From positions 1-36,833 of the forward strand of contig JAYPQH010000015.1 in assembly GCA_038131935.1 (NCBI GenBank): a stretch of 36,833 nt of DNA. The letters are read 5' to 3'. A model generated the notes under the pieces. It was not told the origin of the DNA and searched no databases. It was given only the letters and a program-made list of their open reading frames with translations. This DNA is from Alphaproteobacteria bacterium. Its GTDB lineage: Bacteria > Pseudomonadota > Alphaproteobacteria > UBA8317. Positions 20,221 to 31,095 of this stretch are shown here, one piece after another. Position numbers and translations under genes: made by a program. Positions within the stretch are counted from its first letter, which is position 1, and each line of letters begins with the position of its first letter.

Positions 20221-20988
20221 TTACCTCAAACCACCATAAGCAAACCAAGAACCAGCGCACAAAAACCCAGCATCTACGGGCAGAGAAACACCTGTTATCG
20301 CAGCCGCATCAGAACTGCTCAAAAAACATACCGCAGACGCAATTTCTTCTGGTTCTACCATACGACCCAATGTTGAATTACGTTCTAAAAGTTCTGGATC
20401 TCTATGACCTAATTCAATCTGTTTTTGTATGGCAGGCGTTTTGGTAAAGCCTGGTTGTACGGCATTAACCCTAATTCCCTTAGGGCCCCATTCCGCTGCC
20501 AATCCCATGGTAAGATTACTTAACGCCGCTTTTTGTGGGGCGTAAGCATGTAAAGGCATAGATCGCTCTGCCGTGATCGATGATATAGATACAATAGAGC
20601 TTCCCGATGGCATCAACCTCACCATTTCTCTCATCGTAAGGAAACATCCACGAAAATTTATGTTTAAGACGTCATCAAAAAGAGCCATCGGAAACTCTTC
20701 AGGTCTGTGGGGTGGTTGAACAATACCAGCTGACGCCACCAAAACATCTACATTTTTAAATTCTTGTTCCACTTGTTGCGCAAAAGCTATGACAGCATTT
20801 TCATCACGCACATCAAGCTCAAAAGCATGGCCATTCAGTTCATGAGCCGTCTCACACGCTGCTTCATGATTTATATCAGCAATCACCACCACAGCTCCTT
20901 GTCGCGCAAATGCATCTGCACAAGCACGACCTATGCCACTTGCTCCACCAGTGATGACAACTGTTTTTTGATCAAATTTACCTATCAT
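20221..20988 (-). CDS. Classical short-chain dehydrogenase/reductase (SDR)
   Basis: ITGGASGIG, DVRD, VASAG, catalytic S and YAPQK (YxxxK), IRVNAVQPG, ITG..LPVDAG. Start taken at MIGKF (20988). Confidence 0.92.
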   Translation of the reverse strand: MIGKFDQKTVVITGGASGIGRACADAFARQGAVVVIADINHEAACETAHELNGHAFELDVRDENAVIAFAQQVEQEFKNVDVLVASAGIVQPPHRPEEFPMALFDDVLNINFRGCFLTMREMVRLMPSGSSIVSISSITAERSMPLHAYAPQKAALSNLTMGLAAEWGPKGIRVNAVQPGFTKTPAIQKQIELGHRDPELLERNSTLGRMVEPEEIASAVCFLSSSDAAAITGVSLPVDAGFLCAGSWFAYGGLR

Positions 20989-21985
20989 CGCGCACCCCTG
21001 CTTTCTTTTTTTGTTGAGCGTCACGAAATTTTTCGTGGAGAAAATCTAAAATCCCACGACGCAAACCCAGGACAACCATCAAAATGACGATACCTGTAAT
21101 AAGTTCGTTGTGGGACGTATACATTTGCACAACATCATTGATCGCACGCAAGGTAACGGCACCAAGCAATGGGCCAACAAATACATTCATCCCACCCAAC
21201 ATAATCATGAAGATAGCTTCACCGGATTGCGCCCAGAATGCCCATTCAGGATATGCACCAGAAGTGAACAAAGCGAGGATTACCCCCCCAACAGATGCAA
21301 ACATACCCGCCATGATAAAGCACATGAGCTTAACCCTGTATGTTCGGATACCTAAGAACTCCGCACGCTCTGTATTATCCCTTATCATACGCAATGTTTT
21401 ACCAAATGCACTTTTGTCAATCACCCGCAACAAAAAGATGCAAAGCGAAAAAAGAAACGCACAAAAAAGATATCTATCCAAGGACTCTGCTAAATTAATC
21501 CCTAAAAACTCGGGACGTGGAATGCCCCCCATCAAGCCTTGGTCTCCACCGGTAAAATCAACCCAACTTAAAATCAAACTATACAGAAACATTTGAAAAG
21601 CTAGGGTCAAAAAAGCAAAGTATATTTCATTTAAGCGTACACAAATGGCACCAATAATCGCTGCATAGCCACCTGTACCGACAACAGCCAACGCAATAGC
21701 AATGGGAATTGACCATGGTCCCATTGAATCCACAAAACCATTGTCCTGCATCAGCAACCCAAAGCAATAACCACCGAATGCAAAAAACGCAGCATGGCCA
21801 AAGGAAACCAAACCTGTTGAACCAATCAACAAATTCAGTGACATCGCTAACAGACCATAGGCGAAAAGTGATGTAAGAAAATCTTTTGGCCATGGATGAT
21901 CAATAAATAACCCAATGGCAAACAAAACCAATAAACCGGCAAAACACCAAAGAAAATCTCGGAAAAAACCAGAGTGCGTTTTCAT
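20978..21985 (-). CDS. livM: Branched-chain amino acid-type ABC transporter permease (LivM-like)
   Basis: SLNLL.G.TGLVSFGHAAFF..GGY, YFAFLTLAF, TGGDQGL and GG...FVGPLLGA. Confidence 0.92.
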   Translation of the reverse strand: MKTHSGFFRDFLWCFAGLLVLFAIGLFIDHPWPKDFLTSLFAYGLLAMSLNLLIGSTGLVSFGHAAFFAFGGYCFGLLMQDNGFVDSMGPWSIPIAIALAVVGTGGYAAIIGAICVRLNEIYFAFLTLAFQMFLYSLILSWVDFTGGDQGLMGGIPRPEFLGINLAESLDRYLFCAFLFSLCIFLLRVIDKSAFGKTLRMIRDNTERAEFLGIRTYRVKLMCFIMAGMFASVGGVILALFTSGAYPEWAFWAQSGEAIFMIMLGGMNVFVGPLLGAVTLRAINDVVQMYTSHNELITGIVILMVVLGLRRGILDFLHEKFRDAQQKKKAGVRDDR

Positions 21986-22893
21986 CTTTTTACACCGCCT
22001 CCGCCTAACAAACCTGTTGGTTTGAATATTAAAACAAGAGCCATCATTAAGAACATGGCACCGTCAACAAATAACGGGAATCCAACCGAACCAATCGAGC
22101 GGGTAAGGCCTAAGATCAGTGCGGCAACAAACGCACCTGGGATGGAACCCATGCCACCGATAACAGTAACGATGAAACTCTCGACCAATATTCCCAAACC
22201 CATTCCAGGCGTAAGAGACCGAACGGGCGCAGCCAACGCACCGGCTATTCCCGCCAAAGCGCAGCCCAAAGCAAATAATGCAGCCAGGTAAAGTGGCACG
22301 CGGATCCCCAAAGCGGCCGTCATGGATGGATTCTCTGCGATCGCACGAACAATTTTACCGAAACGTGTTTTGGTAATAAGAAACAGAGCTGAAAATCCTA
22401 TGACAACAGCTGATATGATGAGGAATAAATATAAAGGTGGAATATAACCACCAAAAAGTCTTAATGGCGGTAGACGAAATTCTGCTGGGATACCCATGGC
22501 AAGATACTCAGCACCCCAGACAATTTTCACAATATCATCAAGGATAAGAATGAATGCGTAACAGACCAAAAGCTGCATCAAAACATTTTGGCCATAGACC
22601 CGAGAGATAATAAACCGCTCAAAAATTATCCCGCATATTCCAGCTCCAATAGCACCACAAATGGCAGCTATAAAATAATTTTGAGTCGCAACATAAGCCG
22701 TAAAGGCAAAGTATGCACCAAGCATATAAAAGCTACCATGAGCAAAATTAATTATATTTAACACCCCAAATATGAGCGTCAAACCAGAAGCTACCAGAAA
22801 AAGTAACATGCCAATAATCAAGCCAGATGTTGCCTGATTGACAAGGCAAGCACTGTTTGCGGCGCATGTTGCAAGGGCGTCAACATCAACCAT
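21982..22893 (-). CDS. livH: Branched-chain amino acid-type ABC transporter permease (LivH-like)
   Basis: ASGLTLIFGVLNIINFAHGSFYMLGAY, TRFG..VRA and VIGGMGSIPGA. Start taken at ATG 22893. Confidence 0.92.
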   Translation of the reverse strand: MVDVDALATCAANSACLVNQATSGLIIGMLLFLVASGLTLIFGVLNIINFAHGSFYMLGAYFAFTAYVATQNYFIAAICGAIGAGICGIIFERFIISRVYGQNVLMQLLVCYAFILILDDIVKIVWGAEYLAMGIPAEFRLPPLRLFGGYIPPLYLFLIISAVVIGFSALFLITKTRFGKIVRAIAENPSMTAALGIRVPLYLAALFALGCALAGIAGALAAPVRSLTPGMGLGILVESFIVTVIGGMGSIPGAFVAALILGLTRSIGSVGFPLFVDGAMFLMMALVLIFKPTGLLGGGGVKR

Positions 22894-22921
22894 GGATCTA
22901 TCCTGTTTTGAATAAATAAGC

Positions 22922-22951
22922 CTCCCAGTGCTGATAAAACAACACTGAGAG
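22922..22951 (-). terminator. 12-bp stem-loop between the substrate-binding gene and the permease gene (mRNA stabiliser or partial terminator)
   Basis: Minus strand CUCUCAGUGUUG-UUUUAU-CAGCACUGGGAG forms 12 consecutive pairs including 2 G-U, followed by a U-rich tail. This position is typical in ABC operons. Confidence 0.6.
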
Positions 22952-22967
22952 ATCATAGAATGAATGA

Positions 22968-24251
22968 TTACGCGTAATTGTTACGCTTCTTCCAATCGGC
23001 TTCATGGACATAAATGTCCTTCCAATCCGTCTTGGTTATCTTTTCGAGGTATGGTTCTTGAGAAATCGTCTTTCCATAAGCAACCATATAATTCACCAAT
23101 GTATGATCTTCGCCGCGGATGGTAAGTGTTCCATCAGCACCAAATGGTGATTCAATGGTCCGACCCGCTGTAGCTTTCGCCAACCGCATATAATCAGTAT
23201 CTCCACCGGTCTCTTTCAACGCAGCTACAATGAAACGCATGGCGGAATCATTGGCCCAAGACCAATTTGTTGGCAGGGCTTTGTTGCGCGAGCGGAATTT
23301 TTTATACCAATCTTCATTTGCCTGTGTATCGGGGACATCCTTATGGTAGCGGCTCGCACCATTGATACCTTTAGGAAGTTGCTTCACTGCTGTTACGATT
23401 GGGTAATCACCCAAATTCACGGCAAATGATTCAAACTGGTCAAACAAACCATAAAGGCTGGCCTGGTCAATGAATGCAACCAAGTCACCACCCCACAGGC
23501 ACGTATACAGAGCATCTGGACGATTGTTCAGCAGTGCTGTGATATTTTCTGTGTAATCAGGCTGGAATATTTTTGGCCATGTTTCTGTCGCAAGTTCTAC
23601 ATTCTCAGCAAACAGTTTCACATACTCCATAAATTCTGCAGTATTTGCACGACCGTAAGCATAATCAGGAGAACATGTTCCCCATTTTTTTAGGCCCTTT
23701 TGTTGCGCAATTTTGGCAGCATAAATGCCACCGCCAACGGCATCATGTATACCTTGACGGGCACAACGGAACACCCAATCAACGCGGTTTTTAGGGTCGG
23801 CCGTCAAAGAGGATGTTTCTGAAACAGAATGAATGCAAAATTTCTTAATGTCGCGCGCCGTTTCATTAACAGCGAAGCTAGCACCAGAAGCTTCTGCGTT
23901 GAGAAGGATGTCACAACCTTCATTGTTAACCATCTCGCGGTTCATGCGCGCAGCTTCATCTGGTTTGCCTTTAGAGTCCCGAACAACAATTTCCAGCATC
24001 CGACCATCGATGCCGCCTGCAGCATTGACCTCATCTGTCACCATTTTCATACCGGCAATAGCTGTCTCACCAAGGATAGCCACACGACCTGAATTAATCG
24101 TGGTAACACCAATCTTGATGGGGCCTGTGGATGCCTTGAGGATCATAGGAAAACCCGAGACGCCAGCCACCGTTGCAACCCCGAGCCCTTTGACAAAACT
24201 ACGTCTATTTAAAGACATGTCCTTTGTTTTTGTTTCCTTTGTGTGAGACAT
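22968..24251 (-). CDS. ABC transporter substrate-binding protein (LivK/LivJ-like, Peripla_BP_6) with Tat signal
   Basis: RBS GGAGGAG before ATG 24251, Tat motif NRRSFVK, then IKIG, NAAGGIDGR.LEIVVRDSKGKPDEA and PDYAYG. Confidence 0.9.
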   Translation of the reverse strand: MSHTKETKTKDMSLNRRSFVKGLGVATVAGVSGFPMILKASTGPIKIGVTTINSGRVAILGETAIAGMKMVTDEVNAAGGIDGRMLEIVVRDSKGKPDEAARMNREMVNNEGCDILLNAEASGASFAVNETARDIKKFCIHSVSETSSLTADPKNRVDWVFRCARQGIHDAVGGGIYAAKIAQQKGLKKWGTCSPDYAYGRANTAEFMEYVKLFAENVELATETWPKIFQPDYTENITALLNNRPDALYTCLWGGDLVAFIDQASLYGLFDQFESFAVNLGDYPIVTAVKQLPKGINGASRYHKDVPDTQANEDWYKKFRSRNKALPTNWSWANDSAMRFIVAALKETGGDTDYMRLAKATAGRTIESPFGADGTLTIRGEDHTLVNYMVAYGKTISQEPYLEKITKTDWKDIYVHEADWKKRNNYA

Positions 24252-24363
24252 ACATCTCCTCCATGTTGCTATGATGAAATCATTTTTCTTTTTTTGTGGG
24301 TTGATTGTGCCAACTAATTCGATAGGCTTCAACCTAAAGTTGTAATCAAAAAGGTTAAAAGTG

Positions 24364-25305
24364 ATGAAGGAACGTCTTGATCCAGAAATATTAGCTCTAT
24401 TTGACGATGTCATTTTGGCACAGGGCTTTCCTCTTGATGACATACCAAAAGCAAGAGCGTTTTACACCAAAAACAGAGAGGCCCTTGGTTCTGCGCCCGA
24501 GACACCTGCTCATCTTGATCTATTCGTTGTAAATTTAGAAACCTATGATCAAGCCTCCATAGAGTTGCGCATTGCAAAGCCTAAAACAATTGGCCCCCAT
24601 CCTTGTATTTTATGGATGCATGGTGGGGGATATGTCATGGGCGAGGCCCGGTTTGATGATGCATTATTGCTGGCACTCGCTGACCAATTGGGAGCTGTTG
24701 CAGCCTCTGTGGAGTATCGTTTGGCACCAGAATTCCCATTCCCAACACCATTGGAAGACGCCTACTCTGCCCTCAAATACCTATCATCTGAGAGTAAGTC
24801 GCTTGATATCAATCCTATGCGTATGGCTATAGGTGGGGCTAGCGCAGGCGGCGGCATGGCAGCAGCACTTGCTCTATTGGCGCGTGATCGAAATTTTCAG
24901 CCATTACGAGGACAGGCCCTTCTTTATCCAATGCTAGATGAAACAAATACAAATCCTTCATCCTACAATCATCTCAAACATTTTGTTTGGAATTGCGAAA
25001 ATAACAAAGTGGCATGGGATGCCTATGTTCCTGGTGATAAATCCAATATATCTCCTTATGCAGCACCAATACGTGCCAAAAATTTTGAAGGGCTACCGCC
25101 AGCATTTATTCCTACAGGAAGTCTGGACCTGTTTCTGGATGAAAATATAAGCTACGCGCGAGCATTGATAGATGCAGGAATACCTGCAGAGCTTCATGTG
25201 TTTCCTGGGGCGTGCCATGCGTTCAATGGTTTTTTTCCAACCACACAAGTTGCCAAGCGTTGCAATGCGTCATTATTTGATTTTTTCAGACGGGTTCTAG
25301 GTTGA
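24364..25305 (+). CDS. Alpha/beta hydrolase, family IV (HSL-like) esterase/lipase
   Basis: HGGG oxyanion motif, VEYRLAPE.PFP, nucleophile motif GASAGG, and the D and H of the triad (GSLDLF, GACHAF). Confidence 0.92.
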   Translation: MKERLDPEILALFDDVILAQGFPLDDIPKARAFYTKNREALGSAPETPAHLDLFVVNLETYDQASIELRIAKPKTIGPHPCILWMHGGGYVMGEARFDDALLLALADQLGAVAASVEYRLAPEFPFPTPLEDAYSALKYLSSESKSLDINPMRMAIGGASAGGGMAAALALLARDRNFQPLRGQALLYPMLDETNTNPSSYNHLKHFVWNCENNKVAWDAYVPGDKSNISPYAAPIRAKNFEGLPPAFIPTGSLDLFLDENISYARALIDAGIPAELHVFPGACHAFNGFFPTTQVAKRCNASLFDFFRRVLG

Positions 25306-25325
25306 TTGTGTTTGGCGCAACCCAC

Positions 25326-25580
25326 ATGAAAAAAACGCTTCATTGCCGAGATTGCGGTAAGGTACTGGACCGGTCAGGAACCATCTATTGTTGGGTGTAT
25401 TTTGGCCATGGACAATATGGCGGCGGAAACGAGCTGGTTGACCTTTTTTGTTCTAAGTGTAAGCCAAGCTACATAGAGGACAATTTAAAACCATGTGCGT
25501 CTTGTGGCACTATTTTACGAACAAATACAAACAAAATTGCCGCGTGTTCTTCATCTTGCCTTTCTAAGGCTATCGCGTAA
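25326..25580 (+). CDS. Small Cys-rich putative double zinc-finger protein (84 aa)
   Basis: CRDC, CSKC, CASC and CSSSC pairs, starting 20 nt after the esterase stop. Overlaps the cysQ 3' end convergently by 30 nt. Confidence 0.55.
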   Translation: MKKTLHCRDCGKVLDRSGTIYCWVYFGHGQYGGGNELVDLFCSKCKPSYIEDNLKPCASCGTILRTNTNKIAACSSSCLSKAIA

Positions 25581-26363
25581 CATCAACAATGTTTTGTTGA
25601 AGCGAGAGGGATCAATATGATCTGCAAAAGCCCCAAAGGGCTGGTTCACATAATCTGTAGCAGTAAGATTGTACAAAAGACGCGTATCTGTATCTACAGA
25701 TAGTACGCAGCCGTTAACTGACTCCAAAATAGCCTGACCAGCAGCGCTGTCCCATATCATGGTGCGACCCAAACAGAAATAAGCATCAGCCAATGATTGC
25801 GCGATCAATCCAAATTTGACAGCCGATGGTACGGCTCTAAAATGCACCTTAACACCTTCATACTGTAACATGGAAAGCTGGTTTCGGTAAAATCCAGAAC
25901 CCACAATTTTAATAGATTTATGGGGCAAGTAAGCCACCCTTGGTATGGGATAAAGATCACCGTCACAAACCCTGTAAGCTTGAAAATGATTGTTACAACC
26001 CTCAAACAACCACCCCAAACTCGGGGCATATATGATGCCGACAGTAGGTTGGTTGTACTCTACCAAAGCAATATTGATGCAGTAATAAGGCCCACCCCTC
26101 ACATATTCTTTTGTGCCATCAATGGGATCAACAACAAATGCTATCTTCTTATCAAGCAGTGCATAATGATTTCCTTCCTCTGAAATAACTGCAATGGAAG
26201 GAAACAATTGGGACAATTCATCCACAATCATATTCTCAACCAAATAATCTGCTTGTGTCACGGCGGTGCCATCAGCTTTGACCATCTTGCTCAAGCCCGT
26301 TTTTCGGCATTCAATCGCCACCGCACCACATTTTACCACAATCTGACGTAAGATATCCAACAT
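25551..26363 (-). CDS. cysQ: 3'(2'),5'-bisphosphate nucleotidase (inositol monophosphatase family)
   Basis: KADGTAVTQAD, ISEE, VDPIDGTKEY, NIAL, SAVKF and WDSAAGQAIL. Confidence 0.85.
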   Translation of the reverse strand: MLDILRQIVVKCGAVAIECRKTGLSKMVKADGTAVTQADYLVENMIVDELSQLFPSIAVISEEGNHYALLDKKIAFVVDPIDGTKEYVRGGPYYCINIALVEYNQPTVGIIYAPSLGWLFEGCNNHFQAYRVCDGDLYPIPRVAYLPHKSIKIVGSGFYRNQLSMLQYEGVKVHFRAVPSAVKFGLIAQSLADAYFCLGRTMIWDSAAGQAILESVNGCVLSVDTDTRLLYNLTATDYVNQPFGAFADHIDPSRFNKTLLMLRDSLRKAR

Positions 26364-26463
26364 GGTGATTGGATTACCAGTTGAGGGTAATTTTTCCTAG
26401 TCGACAAAAAGAAAAACAACGCCATATCCGTTGCTTATTGTCTTTATGAGGAGCAACGCGAAA

Positions 26464-27866
26464 ATGAATCATTTGGTTTGGCTACGTAATGACCTTCGCC
26501 TCCATGATAACCCGGCTCTTTATCACGCATGTCAAAGTGGTGCTCCAGTCATGGTGATTTACATTTTTGATGAAAAACATGAAGCGCATGCGAAACTAGG
26601 AGGCGCACGGGCTTGGTGGTTAGAATCCAACTTGAAGTTTTTTCAAGCTTTTCTCTATGACAAGCTAGGAATTACTATGCAATTTTATCAAGGAGATAGC
26701 TCAGAGATTATTCACGCGCTTATAGCTGAAGGACTCGTGTCTGATATTTCCTGGAATAGGTCGTATGAACCTCAACATATTTCACGCGATCAAGAGCTAA
26801 AATCCCAATTATTGGCAGCAGGCGTCAGTGTTCACAGTTATCCAGGCAATGTGTTGATCGAACCTTTTGCCGTCACAACTGGGTCTGGTGGGCCATACAG
26901 GGTCTTTACCCCTTTTTGGAAAAATATATCACAGCTAAATATTGAAAAACCCCTGCCCGAGCCGTCAAAAACATCCATGAAGCCCGTGAAGATGAGTCAA
27001 ATGGCCCAATCCATTGATTGTCTCAAACTTACAAATTCCGCACATAACTGGATGCAAAAACTTGAACAATTTTGGCCTTTTGGAGAAGAAGAAGCCTTTT
27101 CGAGATTGAATGATTTTTTGCCCAAAGCAAGAAACTATAATGACAGCAGAAATAGGCCAGACTGGGATATGACCAGCCGCCTTTCGGGTTACTTAACCTT
27201 AGGTATTTTATCTGTGCGTGCGCTTTGGTGGACAATAAATGCCCACCAACAAGAAACACCTGCTCAAGAAAACACCTACTTATCTGAATTAGGTTGGCGC
27301 GACTTCGCGCAACATCTCATGTTTCACTTTCCGCATATGACAACAGATAATTACAAACCTTCGTTCGAACAATTTCCTTGGCAATTCGATCAAGAGGTTC
27401 TCAAAAGATGGAAAAATGGTCAAACTGGCTATCCCATCGTAGACGCTGGTATGCGTGAATTGTATCAAACAGGGTTTATGCATAATCGCGTGCGGATGAT
27501 CACCGCATCCTTCTTAACCAAACATCTTCAGCATGACTGGCGTCATGGAGAACAATGGTTTTGGAACTGCTTGGTAGATGCTGATACAGCCTCTAACACG
27601 GCATCTTGGCAATGGGTTGCGGGCAGCGGTGCTGACGCTGCTCCATATTTCAGGATATTCAATCCTATTACGCAAGGTGAAAAATTTGACCCAGACGGCA
27701 CATATGTCAGAAAATTTGTACCTGAACTTAAACATGTGGAAACAAAATACATTCACAAACCATGGCTATCTTCCGGAAACCAGCCTCCTATCCCTCCCCC
27801 ATTGTTGATCACAAACAAGCCCGGCTTGATGCCTTGAAAAGTTACGAAACCATCAAAAACAATTGA
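26464..27866 (+). CDS. phrB: Deoxyribodipyrimidine (CPD) photolyase; frameshift near 27790 in the last ~25 codons
   Basis: WLRNDLRLHDNPAL, TSRLS.YL..G, ELGWRDF, TGYPIVDAGMREL..TGFMHNRVRM and WQWVAGSGADAAPYFRIFNP. The true C-terminus YPSPIVDHKQAR..* lies in an adjacent frame ending at 27866. Confidence 0.93.
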
Positions 27867-27924
27867 GAGATTGTCAAAAAAACAAAACCGGACTAAATCT
27901 TGACATATTGTCGCAGGAGATTTC

Positions 27925-29099
27925 ATGGAAATATTTACACCTTTCGCTCGCTCATTATGCGTCAACACGCTACAAAAATGTGAACATGGTCTTCTCATCA
28001 TCCATGATCAGAACAATACATATCATTTTGGTGACCTCACCCAAGATAGTGTAACGATCACTGTTCAAAAGCCTAGGTTTTGGCGAAGGATTCTTCTTGG
28101 AGGCAACGTCGGGCTTGCGGAAAGTTATATTGATCAAGATTGGTCTACGAACAATCTATCAGGACTCATCTCATTTTTGCCAAAAATGTGAGCGCTCTGG
28201 CTGGTAAAAATCATGGTCATCCCATGCGAACGCTCAGCCACCATGCCCTGCATGCTTGGCGACAGAATACAAGACGTGGTTCAAAAAACAATATCATGGC
28301 ACATTACGACTTGGGCAATGAATTTTACCAATTGTGGCTTGATCCATCCATGACATATTCATCAGCTCTTTATGACAATGATGACTGCTTGGTTAATGGA
28401 CAACAAAGAAAATATGCAAGACTTGCTCAGATTATGGACTTATCGAGCAACAAACATGTGTTAGAAGTTGGTTGTGGATGGGGAGGCTTCGCCAAATTTG
28501 CAGCTACAGAAATTGGCGCAAATGTAACAGCGGTTACGATATCTCCTTCGCAATACGCATATGCTGCTCAAAAACTGCAGGAAATGGGTTTGCAAGATAA
28601 AATTTCATTAAAATTAACTGACTACAGAGACCTTGATGGATCCTTCGACGCTATTGCTTCTATCGAAATGTTTGAAGCGGTTGGTGAGCGTTATTGGCCC
28701 GTATACTTTTCAAAACTATTTGACCGCTTGAAGCCAGGTGGCCGTGCAGGCTTACAAATTATCACCATAGGCGATGATCACTTTGAAAATTATAGAAAAT
28801 CTGTTGATTTTATTCAGCGTCATGTTTTTCCAGGAGGCATGTTGCCGAGTATTGCTGCGTTGAAGCAAGAAGCGAACCGTTCTGGATTAACATGGCAAGG
28901 TGAAAAAGGATTTGGTATTGATTATGCTAGAACGTTATCTCAATGGCGGTCGCGTTTTGAAGACAAATGGGATGAAATTCAAAAACTTGGCTTTGATGAC
29001 AAATTCTATCGGTTCTGGACATATTATCTTTGCTATTGCGAAGGTGGTTTTAGAGCTGGCAATATTGACGTACATCAAATTGCATTGTCTAAAAACTAA
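27925..29099 (+). CDS. cfa: Cyclopropane-fatty-acyl-phospholipid synthase family SAM methyltransferase; one frameshift near 28180
   Basis: GLAESY..DW, NIMAHYDLGNEFY.LWLDPSMTYSSA, VLEVGCGWG, SIEMFEAVG and FIQRHVFPGGMLP. Confidence 0.92.
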
Positions 29100-29127
29100 T
29101 CCGAAAAATAGCGACCAAGGGTAAACC

Positions 29128-30165
29128 ATGACCGCAATCGTTCAGAATGTAACCGATCTCATCGGCAACACACCACTTATTAAACTGCAGTTTCCTTCCG
29201 AAGAAACGAGTGCTGAAATATTCGCCAAATGCGAATTCCTTAATCCCGGACAGTCCATCAAGGATCGCGCTGCCCTCTCTATTATCGAAGATGCTGAACG
29301 AAGAGGATTGATAGCACCTGGTGGTATCATTGTTGAGGGCACTGCTGGAAACACGGGCATTGGCTTGGCTTTGGTGGCTGCAGCGAAAGGCTATCGCTGC
29401 GTTATTGTTATCCCAGAAACACAATCCCAAGAGAAAAAAGATGCGATAAGGCTCTATGGAGCAAAATTGGTTGAAGTTCCCGCAGCGCCTTACACGAACC
29501 CTAACAATTATATTCGCTATTCAGAGCGGTTAGCTATTGCACTGAATGCAATCGATCCTGCAGGTGCCATTTGGGCAAATCAATTCGATAATCTTTCCAA
29601 CAGAGATGCACATATTCAACATACGGCACCTGAAATATTGACACAATTAAACGGTGATATTGATGGCTTTACTTGTGCCATGGGGACAGGTGGTACGTTA
29701 ACTGGCATTAACTTAGGCCTTAAATCCCATAACAAAAATATTAAAGTAGCACTCACAGATCCCATGGGTTCGGGTATGTACAATTATTTTGTACATGGTG
29801 AATTTCGCCCGGAAGGTTCATCCATGACAGAGGGCATTGGAAACAACAGACTGACAGAAAATATGAAGGATGCTCAGTATGATGCTCATTATCGTATTGA
29901 TGACACTGAAGCCCTTAATGTTGCGTTTCGTTTGCTTGCTGAAGAAGGTTTAAATGTTGGTGGTTCAAGTGGGATAAATGTTGCAGGTGCCATGGCCCTT
30001 GCTCGTGATCTTCGACCAGGCTCACGTGTTGTAACTATTCTTTGTGATTATGGAACGCGCTATCAATCCAAGATGTTCAACAGAGCATTTCTAGCAGAAA
30101 AACAGTTACCATTTCCCATAGAGTCTAGCTTCCCAGAGATCCCGTCAGTCTTTGAGACAAATTGA
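29128..30165 (+). CDS. cysK: Cysteine synthase A
   Basis: IGNTPL, KCEFLNPGQSIKDRAA (PLP Lys), EGTAGNTG, GTGGT and GGSSG.NV. Confidence 0.92.
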   Translation: MTAIVQNVTDLIGNTPLIKLQFPSEETSAEIFAKCEFLNPGQSIKDRAALSIIEDAERRGLIAPGGIIVEGTAGNTGIGLALVAAAKGYRCVIVIPETQSQEKKDAIRLYGAKLVEVPAAPYTNPNNYIRYSERLAIALNAIDPAGAIWANQFDNLSNRDAHIQHTAPEILTQLNGDIDGFTCAMGTGGTLTGINLGLKSHNKNIKVALTDPMGSGMYNYFVHGEFRPEGSSMTEGIGNNRLTENMKDAQYDAHYRIDDTEALNVAFRLLAEEGLNVGGSSGINVAGAMALARDLRPGSRVVTILCDYGTRYQSKMFNRAFLAEKQLPFPIESSFPEIPSVFETN

Positions 30166-30254
30166 TTCTAATAAAGAGAAGCGCAGTGTTGACCTCAATT
30201 GTTGGCCACGCGCATCATTGATATGTATCGTCTTTTACGAGGAGTCCATGAACA

Positions 30255-31088
30255 ATGCCTGAAGTGATAAATTCTCACCTTTGGTTGGCCGACCATCTGG
30301 CAGCTCCAGATGTACGTGTCATTGATGGTAGCTGGTTCATGCCGCAGACAGCATTAAATGCAAAGGACGAATTTGCGAGAGAGCACATTATTGGATCTGT
30401 GTTTTTTGATATTGATGAAATTTCAGACCAAGATAGCCCATATCCACATATGCTACCCACACCTGTTTATTTTTCGTCCAAGGTCCGCAAGTTAGGCCTT
30501 GGCGACGGTCATCGCCTTGTTGTCTATGATCGGCTAGGCATGTTCTCTGCACCTAGGGTTTGGTGGATGTTTAAAGTGATGGGCCATCATGACATCAGTA
30601 TCCTTGATGGCGGTTTACCTGTTTGGCTCCAAGAGGGACACCCTGTCACAGACCGTCAAGCGCCGAGAAGAGAAAGACATTTTACACCAAGGTTTGATAC
30701 AACACTTATAAGATATGCAGATCAAGTTTTAACCGCCATTGACGATCCTGATGTTGTGATTGTCGATGTACGCTCCGAAGATCGCTATAATGGAAACGTA
30801 GATGAACCTCGCCCACATCTTCGACGTGGACATATTCCAACGGCGATAAATATACCATTCCCAACATTACTCACAACTTCAGGCACCTTCCGAGAGCCTC
30901 AAGAACTGCAAGAAATCTTTTCAAATACTGGCCTATCAAAGGCCAAAAAAGTTATTTTCTATTGTGGATCAGGCGTGAGCGCATGTATCTCTGCTGCTGC
31001 ATTTGAAATCACAGGGCATCATCACTGGTCCGTCTATGATGGCAGTTGGGCGGAATGGGGCGCACGTTCGGAACTTCCGCTGGAGTGA
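30255..31088 (+). CDS. sseA: 3-mercaptopyruvate sulfurtransferase (tandem rhodanese)
   Basis: FFDIDEISD..PHMLP, SAPRVWWMF, LDGG, GHIP, active loop CGSGVSAC and YDGSWAEW. Confidence 0.93.
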   Translation: MPEVINSHLWLADHLAAPDVRVIDGSWFMPQTALNAKDEFAREHIIGSVFFDIDEISDQDSPYPHMLPTPVYFSSKVRKLGLGDGHRLVVYDRLGMFSAPRVWWMFKVMGHHDISILDGGLPVWLQEGHPVTDRQAPRRERHFTPRFDTTLIRYADQVLTAIDDPDVVIVDVRSEDRYNGNVDEPRPHLRRGHIPTAINIPFPTLLTTSGTFREPQELQEIFSNTGLSKAKKVIFYCGSGVSACISAAAFEITGHHHWSVYDGSWAEWGARSELPLE

Positions 31089-31095
31089 CACCAAG

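Noticed and set aside
24252-24443. 64-aa N-terminal extension of the substrate-binding protein
   Set aside because: It overlaps the divergent esterase, and a strong RBS plus Tat signal support the start at 24251.
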